Position numbers and translations under genes: made by a program. DNA of 64,000 nt. Origin: Trichodelitschia bisporula. Taxonomy: Eukaryota. The stretch is from assembly GCA_010356995.1 (NCBI GenBank), contig ML996695.1, positions 877,061-941,060 of the forward strand. Direction: 5' to 3'. This document shows positions 1 to 11,700 of this stretch, piece after piece. Each line of letters begins with the position of its first letter. The first letter of the stretch is position 1. Under the pieces are notes generated by a model. It was not told the DNA's origin and did not search any database. It worked only from the letters and a program-made list of their open reading frames with translations.

Positions 1-516
1 CCAAGGGAGGGTTGCTAAAGTGTGTGCAGTTGAAGCAGATGAACTCGAGGGAGTAGACGCCGGCGGTAGAGTCGAGGCTGTCGACGTGGTTGGAGCCTGG
101 CTCCGAGGTGTTGGTCATCAGCCGGGCGTTGATGGCGGAGCTGTAGGCTGGCTCGGTGTTGCCGGTGGAGAGGCGCGGGGAGAAGGTTATGTTGGTTCCG
201 CTCTTGCTTGGGTAGGCGAGGAACATCAATGCGTTCTTCATCGAGGCCCCGATGCCGACGGCGATCCAGTCGAAGCCGCTTGGGGCTTGGACGCGGAAGT
301 AGAGATCGCCGGTGTCGGCGACCGCGCTCAGCGAGACTGTGAAGTTGGTCTCATCGAAGGAATACACAAACGTCGCTGAGCCAGCTGCCTGCGCCAGGGT
401 CGACAATAAGCCTGCCATTATTAGCCTCCCATACCCAAAACTCGTCAAAGCCTCATACCAAGCAGCAAAACCGCCGCGCGCAGCGCAGCGCCGAAGTTAA
501 AGAAACCCGCGCGCAT
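1..516 (-). CDS. Secreted or membrane protein with DOMON-like cytochrome domain of cellobiose dehydrogenase type (AA8-like); 3' part runs off the window
   Basis: Not in ORF track. ATG at 516, intron 412-458 (GTATGA...GCTAA...CAG). Spliced product MRAGFFNFGAALRAAVLLLGLLSTLAQA-AGSATFVYS...FDWIAVGIGASMKNALMFLAYP...ITFSPRLSTGNTEP...LEFICFNCTHF: signal peptide, W-x-A-x-G-x-G-x-x-M heme-Met motif, SPR..G..EP motif and CxNC disulfide typical of CDH cytochrome domains. Confidence 0.85.
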
Positions 517-1394
517 GATTTCGGCGAAGAACTACGAAGTGGAGTAAAAAAAAAGAGCTCGTCTCGAGGTCGCCGCGGACTCAGAATCGCGGTCAACGCT
601 GCTCCTTTTTAATAGATCCCCTCATCCCCTCTCGAAGCGCCCGCCGCGCCTGCGCGTGCACGGCATCTGAACCGCCCTTGGTCGCAAGGCTGGTTGGGCT
701 TGGCGCCTAACCGCCGTGCCTGATTGGCTGGCGGGTGTGAGATCACGGCGGGAGGGGGGGCCAATCCTGGGGATGGAGGGAGGGGTGATGGAGGCGAGGC
801 CGCGTGTGTGGTCTGTGGGGATGATGGATGAGGGATATGGTGGTGGGGTTTTTGGGTCGGTGGGATGAATGCGTGCTGAGATGCATGGAGAGGGTTGAAG
901 CGGGAGCCGGTGCCGCGGGAATGCTGACTTCAGATGGCGTGTGGAATCACTCATGGCATCGAAGTGCTCAAGAAGTGCAGTCGGCATGAATAATGACAGC
1001 AGGGGTGAATGGCTCTCTTGTTGGGTCTATTTTCGTCGTCGGGAAGACGTTCTGCATTTGGTGATACCTTTGAGTCAACCTGACCGGAAAGGCCAACTGC
1101 TAATCATCTTAGGTCTCAAGCCAGAGATATCGATGAGATTGAAGCCTTCAGAGAGTTTAGGATGGTTGTCAATGGAGTTGGAGTGAAGAGTGCAGCAACA
1201 TGAGATGAGGTTGTCCGTTCCGTCTTGGCAACTGAACCTCCTCCAAGCATCACGACCTTCCCAAAACGGAAATCAGCTGAACCTCACTTAACTACCCGCA
1301 ACACCAAGGTTCCATCAACACCACATCGTCATCGGGAAAACTCCGACAGTCCGATGTTGTTTCCGATATAGTACCCTAGCCTCTCCGTCCCCAA

Positions 1395-1450
1395 TTAGCC
1401 ACGCCTCCACCCCCCCCGCATCACGAGCCGCCCCCCGGTCAGATATATAT
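1395..1450 (+). promoter_or_regulatory. Putative LPMO core promoter: XlnR-like GGCTAA (reverse, 1395-1400) and TATA-like TATATAT (~1444)
   Basis: TTAGCC at 1395 and GATATATATT ~120 nt upstream of the ATG; short motifs that could be chance. Confidence 0.35.
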
Positions 1451-1566
1451 TTCTCCGAGCCATGGCGCGGAATATATCCACAGCGCACACACCCCACCAC
1501 ACCCGCGACGAGCTGCCATCATCAACCTCACCAACCTCACCACCCTAACCCCACCACCCCGCCCCA

Positions 1567-2382
1567 ATGGCACTCCTAACCCTCCTCCTCCTCCCCTTCC
1601 TCCTCACCCCCTTCACAGCAGCCCACGGCTCGCTCAAAGCCATCGAGGTGGCCGGAAAGCAATACCTCGCCTGGCAAATCAACGCCGATCCCTACGTCAA
1701 GCCGCCACCGCTGCGGTACGCGCGGCGGGTGCTCAATGAAGGACCAGTGAAGGACTTCACGGGCAAGGGGATAACATGTGGCGATGCCGGGAACGAGGCT
1801 GCGGGGGGCACGATCGCGGTGCGGGCTGGGGAGAAAGTGTACAAGCCCCCATCCCTCATATCCAAAACCGCAGAGGGGAAAGCAAACTGATGTTGGGGCG
1901 ATAGTAAGCTCATCTGGGACCAATGGGGCTCGTCCCACTCCGGCCCCGTCATGAACTACATGGCGAAATGCACGCCCTCCTGCGCGAACTTCAAAGGCGA
2001 CACCGGACGCCCCTGGTTCAAAATCGAGCAGTCCGGCTACGACAAAAGTAAGAACCCGCCCTGGGGTAGCGATCAGCTCGCGAGGCAGGGCGCTTCGTGG
2101 ACCGTGACCATCCCACCCAGCATCGCACCGGGCGAGTACCTCCTCCGGCACGAGATCCTAGGCCTGCATGTTGCGGGGAAGAGGAACGGGGCGCAGTTTT
2201 ATCCCACCTGCGTGCAGTTGAAGGTCAGTGGGAGTGGGACGGCGACGCCGAGTGGTGTTGCGCTGCCGGGCGCATATAACCCGGATGATAAGAATGGGAT
2301 TTTGGTGGAGCTTTGGAGGGTGAATGCGGGACAGGTGGAGTATGTTGCACCGGGCGGGCCGGTCTGGAACGGGACGCATTAG
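1567..2382 (+). CDS. AA9 lytic polysaccharide monooxygenase (no CBM)
   Basis: Signal peptide followed by mature N-terminal His (AA|HGSL); intron 1839-1904 joins to KLIWDQWGSSHSGPVMNYMAKC; YLLRHEILGLH...GAQFYPTC and PGGPVW motifs of AA9. Confidence 0.95.
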
Positions 2383-2429
2383 GACACCTTTTGTAGAATA
2401 TACATCGTGCTTACCATCCGCCATCTAAC

Positions 2430-3227
2430 CTAACCTCCCATCCCCAAACTCACACCACTGATATAAATCCCCCATATCAAGCCCACCGCCGCATACCAAA
2501 CCACGCGTCTCTCCACGGGTATCCACACGAAATTGATCACGGCAGCGAGCGGCCACACCAACCCGCCCGCCAGCATCATGGGCAGCGTCTCCGTGCGCAC
2601 CGCCTCCCACACTTGTCCCGCGGAGAACCCTTTCAGCACTGACATGAGCACCAGAAAGACGGTGTTGTACCACAGCGCTCCAAATGTACAGTCCAGCACC
2701 ACTTTGATCACCAGATACGTGATGTGCAGGCGCGGTTTCGCCGAAGCCTCCGCGGCAGCCGGGCCCATCAGTGGCGCCGCGTGCTCGACGTCTGCATTCA
2801 GATCCGCATCCGTATCGCGGTTCAGCTCGTCCAGCGGCAGCGTGGGCTCCGTATCCTCAGTCACGGGCTCATAAAACCCCGGGAAGGTATCTTCTAGCCA
2901 GACCTGCCACCAGAACACCGGCGGAGAGATAAGGAGGTTGAATAGCGCGAAGCGGAGTATCTCGATGGGATCGAAGTCCGTGATCTGGAACGTTAGCTCG
3001 GGCCGGACAGCGGGTGTGCGGCTTACCTTAGCGCGGTACAATCCGATAGCTTGCGCTACAACGTTGGATATCACGCCCAGGAGGGTTGCTTGGAAGGTTC
3101 CGACTGCGATGGGGGAGCTCAGCAGCGTGCGGAGTTTACTGATTTTGTGAGGTCTCTGACTGGCTTCAGAGGCGCGACGGGAACGAGGGGAGAGGCGCTC
3201 GATGGAGGCGCGCGCGATAGAGAACAT
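2430..3227 (-). CDS. Mpv17/PMP22 family membrane protein
   Basis: SNVVAQ, ILRF..F, WQ.WLE..FP, KVVLD, WPL...INF..IP...RV motifs; in-frame 42-nt intron 2985-3026 (GTAAGC...GCTAAC...CAG); likely ATG 3227. Confidence 0.88.
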   Translation of the reverse strand: MFSIARASIERLSPRSRRASEASQRPHKISKLRTLLSSPIAVGTFQATLLGVISNVVAQAIGLYRAKVSRTPAVRPELTFQITDFDPIEILRFALFNLLISPPVFWWQVWLEDTFPGFYEPVTEDTEPTLPLDELNRDTDADLNADVEHAAPLMGPAAAEASAKPRLHITYLVIKVVLDCTFGALWYNTVFLVLMSVLKGFSAGQVWEAVRTETLPMMLAGGLVWPLAAVINFVWIPVERRVVWYAAVGLIWGIYISGVSLGMGG

Positions 3228-3591
3228 GGTGCATGGTGAAGGAGTGGATGGGCGCGCTGGAGGTCTAAAGAGCGTGAGGGAGTGAAGGAGTGAGCGTGAA
3301 GGTCGCGTGGGGTACGTTGTCTCGAATGTTGGAGATGACTTCCTCGCCAAGGTTAAGATGCGCCACATATCTGAGTCCATCGCTGGAGTGGCAGGGGGCT
3401 GCGTGGGGGGTGTGGTGGATGCCAAAAATGGCAACTATGTTCGCCTGACCTGCAGCCTCACGTTGAACTTGGAACGGGTTAGCTGATACTAGTGCCAGGA
3501 CGACGTAGTCCGGCTGCTCCTCTAAGAGAGCCGTGATCCTCATCCAAGTTCTTCTACATAGAGCGCAGAGAAGAGCCAGGGCTCCCTATCA

Positions 3592-6024
3592 TTAGTCTTC
3601 GATATCGTCATCGTCTAAAACAAGAGCATCGACCTTCTCAGTCACTTTTCCAACCGTCCCTTTACTCCGAACCCATCCTGCCTTTTGCGGCTTTCTCCAG
3701 TCATCAGGAGCATCGGTGGTCCACTGCTCACCATTGGGCTCGTCCTCATCATCATCCCCGCCCTTCTCGCGGATCCCTCGCCCGAACATTACCACCTTGC
3801 TCAGGTCCGTCATTGAGGATGGGAAGCCGCCAGCTTTCCTTTGCCTGCCCCTCTCTATTTGTGCAAGATACGGTAGCCGCTCCAGAATCAGCTCTGGCTT
3901 CACGCGGTCACCCCCGGCATCACCGGATAACCCGACTCCCCACTCGCCGTTCCCCTTCATGCGGGCAACGACCTGCTCAACCATTTCTCCAATCTCTTCC
4001 ACCCTGCGCCACACGCGCAATGATATCGGATACAGAATATGATTAGCGTTCCCCTTCCTATAACCGCCATGCGGCTCTGCTCTTTTGACAGGATATGGAA
4101 GGTTGAACGACACGCCCGCAATAGCTACGTACGCTGAGAGATCTTCTTGCCTCAAGGCCTGCGCTGAGGCACCGACTCCGTTTCCGCTCCAACGGTCGGG
4201 GGAGAGTATGTCTGCGTCCGAGAGAGTGTCTGCACATGCGCACAGCGAGTCGAGCTCGTCCTCGGCTGAGAAGCTCTTGCAGGATGGGACGTAGTTTTCG
4301 TGAACAGTGGCAACGAACGTTGATGTGTCCGCCCCGAGTTCGGTAAGAAGCGCATCGGGAGTTATCGGTGGCTTTAACGGGCGAGCTAGATGCGGCAGAT
4401 GTGGAGGAGGCTGGGCAGCTTGAGGATCTGTGCGCTTGTTGTAAATTACCTTCCCGACGGCATGAAACAAATCAAGAGTCGAGCTCCGTATGTCAACATC
4501 GGTGGTGCCTTCGGCATCCTTGTTCAGAGGCAAAGATGGCATGAAAGACGATGAGCCTTTACCCAGAGAGTAAAATTCAAGGGTGGAGATGGCATTCCGA
4601 ATATCCCCGATCTCTGCGATGGACTTCAGCAGGGCCGTACCGGGGTTCTTCTTCTTTCCCCCAGAGGCGCGAGCCTCCTTTTCTAGTACGAGGTTTAACC
4701 CTTTGGCCATGATCGTTGGCGCTATAGGCCGGAATTCGATGGTGGTGACAGCATGATGGCCGAGGATTTCAGGGCCAAGAAGACGGTGCGCAGTAAAGCT
4801 ATCTGCCGCAGCGGTGGACGTGGACAGGAGAGTTTCAGATATTATCATTACGATCGGCGTTGCTGGCTTTGGAGCCTTGGAGAAGCTTGATGGGGATGGA
4901 GCGCTGGATTCGAGGTAGAGTTGAACGGCTTTCCGAAAGGATTGCAAGGCAGGCGAAGTCCTGGAGAAGGTGTTTGGAAATTCTTCAATCAAGATCATCC
5001 TCTTCTCCGACTCGCTAGAGTGGCTTGACTTAGGGTTTAGGGACCCATCGCCTACAAGATCCAGCGTCCCGAATGTGCCAGATCGGAGCATGAAATCCTC
5101 AAACTGCGCGGACATCGAAACAAATCCCTCATCTGATTGCATTGTGCCTGTAGGATTGCGCCACTCGTTGATCCGGAGGCCTAAAACCCGCGCCAGAAGC
5201 TGGACAGTGGTCGTCTTGCCGGAGCCAGCTGGGCCTTTGAGAAGCAGAAGCCGCTGGTTTCTCCGCGCTCCGCATACAACTCCTTCAATCCAACTCCTGA
5301 CATCATCGACCTTTTTCTTATGGACAGCCAGCTCTGAGATGGACACTGGGGCAAATCTCTCCATCCACGGTCGAGAAGCTTCGGGTTCTGGTTTCGCCGA
5401 CGGCTGTGTAGACGCGGCTGGGGTGGACGCCTTAAATCCATTCCTGGTCTTAAGGAATTTCTGGCTCGCTCGAGGAGGATCGTTTTCCTCTTCACGAATG
5501 AGGGTATCCACCTTCCTCTTCGCAGTTCGCAAAGGAATTGGCCTGCTGGTTATGGTGGGCTTCTGGTCGGCCAGCCTGATCATTTCCTCGTCGAGCGAGT
5601 CATCGTCCTCGATCAAGTCCTCTTCCATGTCCAAGCTTGGAGTTGGCGTTGGGCCTCTGAGGCTAGGCGACGCGCGCCTCTGCGCCTGCGACTGTTGTCG
5701 TTGCGTCGCAGCATTGAAGAAGGAGAGTATCGAGCGCTCCTTGCCCGGAGACTTGGTGGGCCTGGGAGGCTGCGCCTTGCGCTTCTTAGGTGAGGGAGAA
5801 AACTGGACGTCGGGTTGAGGGGATGCGATTCGGTTCGAGGATCGCAACTGGCGCTGCTTCAGCGGTGACTTCGTCGGAGGGTTGGCCGAACTCGAAGGTG
5901 CTGTGATCCGTTTTGAGAGGGGTCTCGAAGGTGGAGCTTCGGATAAGCGGGTGGGTTTAGCATGCGGCTCGTCGTCGTCCTCGGATGAAATGACAATGGG
6001 CCGCTCGCCGCGCTTTGGGGCCAT
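3592..6024 (-). CDS. RAD17: Checkpoint clamp loader subunit Rad17 (S. cerevisiae Rad24)
   Basis: 810-aa ORF: PW.ERFAP....ELAVHKKKV, Walker A GPAGSGKTT, ILIEEFPN, GDIRNAI, LFHAVGKVIYNKR, acidic DDDIED C-terminus. Confidence 0.95.
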   Translation of the reverse strand: MAPKRGERPIVISSEDDDEPHAKPTRLSEAPPSRPLSKRITAPSSSANPPTKSPLKQRQLRSSNRIASPQPDVQFSPSPKKRKAQPPRPTKSPGKERSILSFFNAATQRQQSQAQRRASPSLRGPTPTPSLDMEEDLIEDDDSLDEEMIRLADQKPTITSRPIPLRTAKRKVDTLIREEENDPPRASQKFLKTRNGFKASTPAASTQPSAKPEPEASRPWMERFAPVSISELAVHKKKVDDVRSWIEGVVCGARRNQRLLLLKGPAGSGKTTTVQLLARVLGLRINEWRNPTGTMQSDEGFVSMSAQFEDFMLRSGTFGTLDLVGDGSLNPKSSHSSESEKRMILIEEFPNTFSRTSPALQSFRKAVQLYLESSAPSPSSFSKAPKPATPIVMIISETLLSTSTAAADSFTAHRLLGPEILGHHAVTTIEFRPIAPTIMAKGLNLVLEKEARASGGKKKNPGTALLKSIAEIGDIRNAISTLEFYSLGKGSSSFMPSLPLNKDAEGTTDVDIRSSTLDLFHAVGKVIYNKRTDPQAAQPPPHLPHLARPLKPPITPDALLTELGADTSTFVATVHENYVPSCKSFSAEDELDSLCACADTLSDADILSPDRWSGNGVGASAQALRQEDLSAYVAIAGVSFNLPYPVKRAEPHGGYRKGNANHILYPISLRVWRRVEEIGEMVEQVVARMKGNGEWGVGLSGDAGGDRVKPELILERLPYLAQIERGRQRKAGGFPSSMTDLSKVVMFGRGIREKGGDDDEDEPNGEQWTTDAPDDWRKPQKAGWVRSKGTVGKVTEKVDALVLDDDDIED

Positions 6025-8766
6025 GCTCGGAATTTGGGGGGTGGGCAGGTTGTATCGCCGTCATTATGCCCCAGGATGCGGAGTCAGCGACGAACCGAGA
6101 GGATGCGCGTCTGCGCGTAGTCTCGTGACTTGATCAGGCAGAGAGCAAGGCATCGCGTCCAAGTTTGGTCTAGCGCAAGTCCATCGGATTTAGAACAAGG
6201 CTGAGGAAGGCAGGACAACGACGTTTAACAGTGAATTTTATCGAAGGTATGACATTCCGTGGTCTTCATTGATTGAAATAGGTTACGTTACGCTTAGAGC
6301 CAAATGAAACCAATAAGCTGAAAAGGGACAGCCTTCCAGCTCCGCAGCCTACTCTCGTCTGAAAGAGCCGAAACAATGGGCAAGAAACAGGTACTTGATA
6401 GTCAAATACAACTCACTGCTATTACTCTCATCCCAATACCTCCCTTGGTAAGACCTAAAGCCATTACGACGCAGTTTGCTTCGAGGCACTCCATGAAAGT
6501 AAGAGAGCGGAGAACTGCTTCGGCAATCATATCCGGTAGCCACAGAGCGGAGTCAATACGGATCCCAACTGATAGCCTGCGGAGTGCAACATAGATTTGG
6601 AATCGTACCATACCATATGTAAATTCGGCAGGATAAGTGCCGACCAAGGAGATATCATTTCCATCGAGGTCGGATACCAGGCTGTTTGAGAGCCGAGGAT
6701 GTTTTGGCCTCGGTTATATATCTGGTTGTGATTCTGCGAGGCGGCAGTTCCAATTCGGATTAGAGATGCATGACGCTGGAGATAGGCCGCTGTACTTACC
6801 TTCGGTTCAGCCATAACCGTGACGAACCATCGGTGATAATGATAGTTGAAACTGGAAGAAGTAACGCACGGAGGGCAGGGCAAATCTGGTATAGATGCCC
6901 CAAGCTGTACGGGTATCTCTTCGCATTCAGGCACCTCAGTACATAGTGAAACTACTTCTTGACTCCTCACTCATCACATCTGACAACACTCAAAGCGATG
7001 CCATCCATGAAAAATCTTCCGCAGCATGGAAGGCTACGGAACCCTACCTCGGGCATGCACTAGCAATCGACGTATCTAGACTCCAAGCAGTCCAACAGTA
7101 CCACCAGCCAGGATGATGAGCACGTCACTGTCAGCTAACAGCAGCGGCAGTGCGAGAGTGAGACGCACGCCACCATGCGGGAGCGTTAAATGAGCTGCCA
7201 TGACCGGAAAGACAGGGCTAAGATGAGAGCTGAGGCGAGGACGGAGGCGAAGTAGTACGGCGGCCCATGATGGCTGGCAGGAGTGGTAAACACATCGGAT
7301 GCTGATCGTGTGCTCTGCCGCTGCAACAACGCCTCTAGTTCATGACATTGCAAAGCCTATTTCATTTTGGGAGTCAAGGATCAGCCTCATTCTCGCCACA
7401 TGGAAGACTACAGCGCAATGGAGTTCTTGACACGAACACCTCAGATGTCAAAGTGCCAGCTGGACTGTGACTCCTTCTTGACGGTGCAGCGAGGTCGAGA
7501 CGGGAGGAACCTTGACTGCTTGTTGTTTATTAGTGAATTGCAGCGGGGCATTGCATGAGCCTAGCGGAAGCTCGGGAGTGGTTTGGCTGCTTTGGATTGC
7601 TTCTAGTTGTTTTGATCAGCTTGAGCTTGATGGAGACTCGACGTTGGCTTTAGGTGCATGACACTTGTTGTCTGTGGCACAGTCCGAGTGGTGGACTTGA
7701 GCCAAGACCAACGCCCGGTGGAATGGTGGCTTGCCGCCCGGCCCGCACTTGGCACAGCGAGGGTCTTCCAATGATACTCCACCACGACATCTGCCTTGAT
7801 GACTTCTTCCCATCTCAGCCTCTCTCCATCTCCCATCTTCCATCTTCCCCCCCAAACTCCACCTTAGGCTCCTGTATCTGCGCCTCGAGTCAATATGTCA
7901 GTCTCACTTTTGCTGTCGCCAAATTGGCCGAGGTCTTTACTCCGGTACAGCCGCCTTTGCCACCTCCCCCCGTAGGCAGCTCGGTTACCGTACCTACGCC
8001 CTGCCCGGCCACGCTGGGTTCCTAGGGAAAAGCATCCGCCCCATCGCAGTTCACCCTAACTTGCTGCATCCTTTGGGCTCCAGTTGATCCCGACTATCCG
8101 TAGCTTTGCAGCCATCAGATGCTCCACCAGACTCTTCAATTTTCTCGCAAGGCGGCCCCTTGTAGCGGCGCCCGTAGGATAGCCGAAGCGGCGAAGTCCT
8201 TGCTTTGTTATGCATCGTCGCTAACCCGAGTCTCACAACATCAACTGCAATGCCGCACCAGGTCCTCGTATCGAGGCCAATGGCCTTGACATTACTCCAA
8301 AATTCGGACATCATAGCCCCGCACTCCGAAGCCCTGCTGTCTCGTGTCGTTGGACAGCCGAACCCGCATCTCACAGAGAGCCACATCACTGTCCGCCTCA
8401 TGGCCACGGCCCTCCCAAATCTCCCCCACATGTCAGAGGACATTGCCCCCCTGGAGGCGCAGAAGCACGGGATATCAAACTCACCAGTGTTTTGTTCCCT
8501 AAACTGGACTGCAGTGCAGAAAAGCCTTCCAGTGCCAGCGCTGGATCGGACCGTTTGTATCTAAGAATCATTGTTTTCGCCCTGTGCTGCCACGCAAGCA
8601 ACCTTCTTCCCCTCCTCGTAATTCTCTTTGGCCCACGGCCCCCCTTCCCACCAGGCATCGCAAGGAAACCAGCCATATACGCTTCTCTCTCATAACCACC
8701 CCCATCCCAGCACCTCCCTCTCGCTGGCGACTTTGTATATCAACCTGCACTGCCAATTCGCGAAAC

Positions 8767-11700
8767 ATGGCGAAGGGCGGAAAGAAGAAAACCGGCGGCA
8801 AGAACAAGTCTCAAGCCGCCGTCCAGTCCCAACCTTCGCCGCCGCTGAGCCCTCCGCTTGCTGCCAGTAAAGAGACTGACGTTGCACTGCCTGAGTCTGG
8901 CATCATCGACCCCTCCCTCCCCTCTCCCGTTTCCAAGCCGGCCAGTGAGAAAGTCAGCCCAAGCGCTGGGCCTGTCGACTCAGCCGTTGCCGACGCAGAC
9001 ATAACCCCCGTTACGCTCGACCAAGACGACTCCCAGAACGAAGCTCCTACAAAAGATGAAGAGGTAGACCCTGAATCGGAGTTCGCCGAGAAGAAAAAGA
9101 AGAAGAAGGTCAGGAAGGGGAAGAACAAAAAGCAAGCGCCATCCGAAGAGCCTGTAGAGGAGGATAAGGCTGTTGAAGAGCCCGCAGCCGACGTTGTTGT
9201 TGCCGAACCCCTCCCCGAACCATCACCCGAGCCATCACCCGAGCCTGCAGCGGAAGCGGTACCGGAACCGACGCCAACAATTGTCGAGCCGGAACAACCA
9301 CAAGCTCCCACTGTGAATCCCGATCCATCACCAGCCTCCGAAGAACCCATACCTACCCCTCCAACCGAGACACCCGAACCCGAACCCCAGCCAACAGAAC
9401 CCGCAGCGGAGGTACCCGAGCCTTCCCCCGAGCCGGCCGCCGAGCCTACCCTGGAGCCAGCAGCCGAACCGACCCCCAAATCCACACCAGCACCGGTCAC
9501 AGTGTCTGAGGAGGAACCTACACCAGAGCCAGCTGCAGAGCCCGAGACCGAGCCTGAGGCACAACCAGCGACAGACCCCGAGCCCGAGCCAGCTGCAGAC
9601 CCCGAGCCCGAGCCAGCAGCAGAGTCTGAACCCGATCCAGCGGCAGAGCCTCAGCCCGAGCAAGCGGTAGAGCCTGAGCCTTCTCCTGAGCCTTCTCCCG
9701 AGCCAGTTCAAGAGGCAGAGCCGGAGCCCGAGCCTGCACCAGCAGCCGTTGAGGAGCCAGAGTCAACGTCTGTTCCCGAGCCGGAGTCTGCTCCCGAGCC
9801 GCCGAAGGAGCCTGAAGTCGAACCTCAGACAGCACCCGAGCCCGAACCTCAGCCAGCTGCGGACCCAGAGCCAGAGCCAAAATCCACACCCGAGCTAGTG
9901 GAGGAAGAATCTAAAGCTCCGGTCGAAGCTCCTGAAGAACCTGGACCAGCCTCGGAAGCATCATTAAACCCTCCAGCGGAACCCGAGCCTGCAACACCAG
10001 CTGCAGCAGAACCACAGCCGGAGCCCGCTGTCGAGTCCACACCAGAGCCAGAGGCGACACGCTTGGCTGAGACTCTTCAAGAACCTGAGCCTGCGCCTTC
10101 AATACCTCCTCCTTCCGACCCCGAACCCATCCTTGAGCCAGTGTCAGAGCCTGTCCGCGAAGTACCTTCTCCCGAACCAACTCCGGAACCCGTTCAGGAG
10201 AGCCCAGCTCGAGAACCGACACCAGCGCCATCACAGGAATCCATCCTCGAAGCACCTGTCCCCGCCCGACCCACCGCCTCTCCACTCCAGGACTTCCCCC
10301 AACCCACTCCCTCTCCCAAAACACGATCCGCTTTCGCCCCGCCCCCACACTACCCCTCTCCACTCCCACCTCGTGCCGTGCCTGCCATTTCCCGGAGCGC
10401 ATACTACCCACACCATTCTTTCCGCTACCCAGCCTATACCGTGGCGGACCCCACGCTCCCCTCGCCTCCGGCGTCTGACTCGCCCGCCGGGCCGTCTGAC
10501 GGCTATGCGCCGCAGACGCCGGGGCAGCACATGGCAGTGCCATACGGCCAGAACGGATACCACTCGCCGGCACTGACGCACGCCGCGCCTCATGGACACA
10601 GCTCGCCGATCCCACAAAGCGCCTCGCCGGCAAATATCTCACAACGCGGATCACCCGCCCAGCAGTCGCCGCTGAACCCACATGTTCAACCTGCTTCCCC
10701 ATTCCCTGGTCATGCTCAGGCGTACGGACACTACCCGCATGCGCCGCCGCAGAGCCCCTACATGCGTCAGCACATGCCCCGCCCGTCAAGGACGATGACG
10801 CAGCCTATGGGGTACCGGTATGGCGAGTACGGTGGGTATGGCGGGTACGACGGCTATGGCGCGCCGGCATACCATCCCCCATTTGGGCCCACGCGGCATG
10901 ACTCGTACGGGCCACCGCCGCAGAGCCGGTCGCAGCGGAATAGTTTCGTCGGCGCTCCTGATATGGAGCATCATGACATGCAACACGGCCCGCCGGACAT
11001 GGACGAGGAAAACTTCCGCCCACGACCGCCTACACGGTCGGCGACGGGGCTGCCGGACTTGCGGCAGATTCTGCAACAGCACGTGGAGGCGGTCAACCAG
11101 ATCGACGAGGAGAAGGAGCGGCAGTATGAGATCATCAGAGCTAAGGATGCGACCCTCAATGAAGAGAAGAAGAAGCACACCGAGGTGGTGAAGAGCAAAG
11201 ACGACCTCATCAGCCGGTTGACGAAGCAGCTCGACGACGCCTCGAACCGCCACGTGAAAGATACCAACAAGTTCCGCATGCAGATCGGTAACCTCGAGGA
11301 GAAGGCCAAAGATCTGCAGGAGGACATCGAGGAGCATGCCAAGGGGCGCAAAGACGCCGAGGTCAAGATCGGTGCACTCACCGACGAGCGCGACACTCTG
11401 CTCAGCGAGCGCGTCATCCTGGCCAAGGCGGCGGCCGAGGAGAAAGAGCGACTCGAAAAAGAGTTCGCCGACTGGCGTACGGATGCTGAGGCCAAGCTCG
11501 AGGCTGAAAAGGCGCGTGCGGCAGAGGAGAAGGCGCGTATCGAGGACGAACATGCGGGCTGGAAGACCACGACGCTCGAGGCGCACGCAGCGGAGATCAA
11601 GAAGATGACAGAGGAGTACGATGTCAAGAAGGCAGAGTATGAGTCCAAGCTTTGCGATCAGGAGGCCGCGTTCAAGGCAGCCGAAGAGAAGCTCATTGCC

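Noticed and set aside
6349..7300. Short minus-strand ORFs and splice-like signals suggesting an orphan gene or pseudogene
   Set aside because: Could not assemble a consistent spliced frame or recognise any motif.
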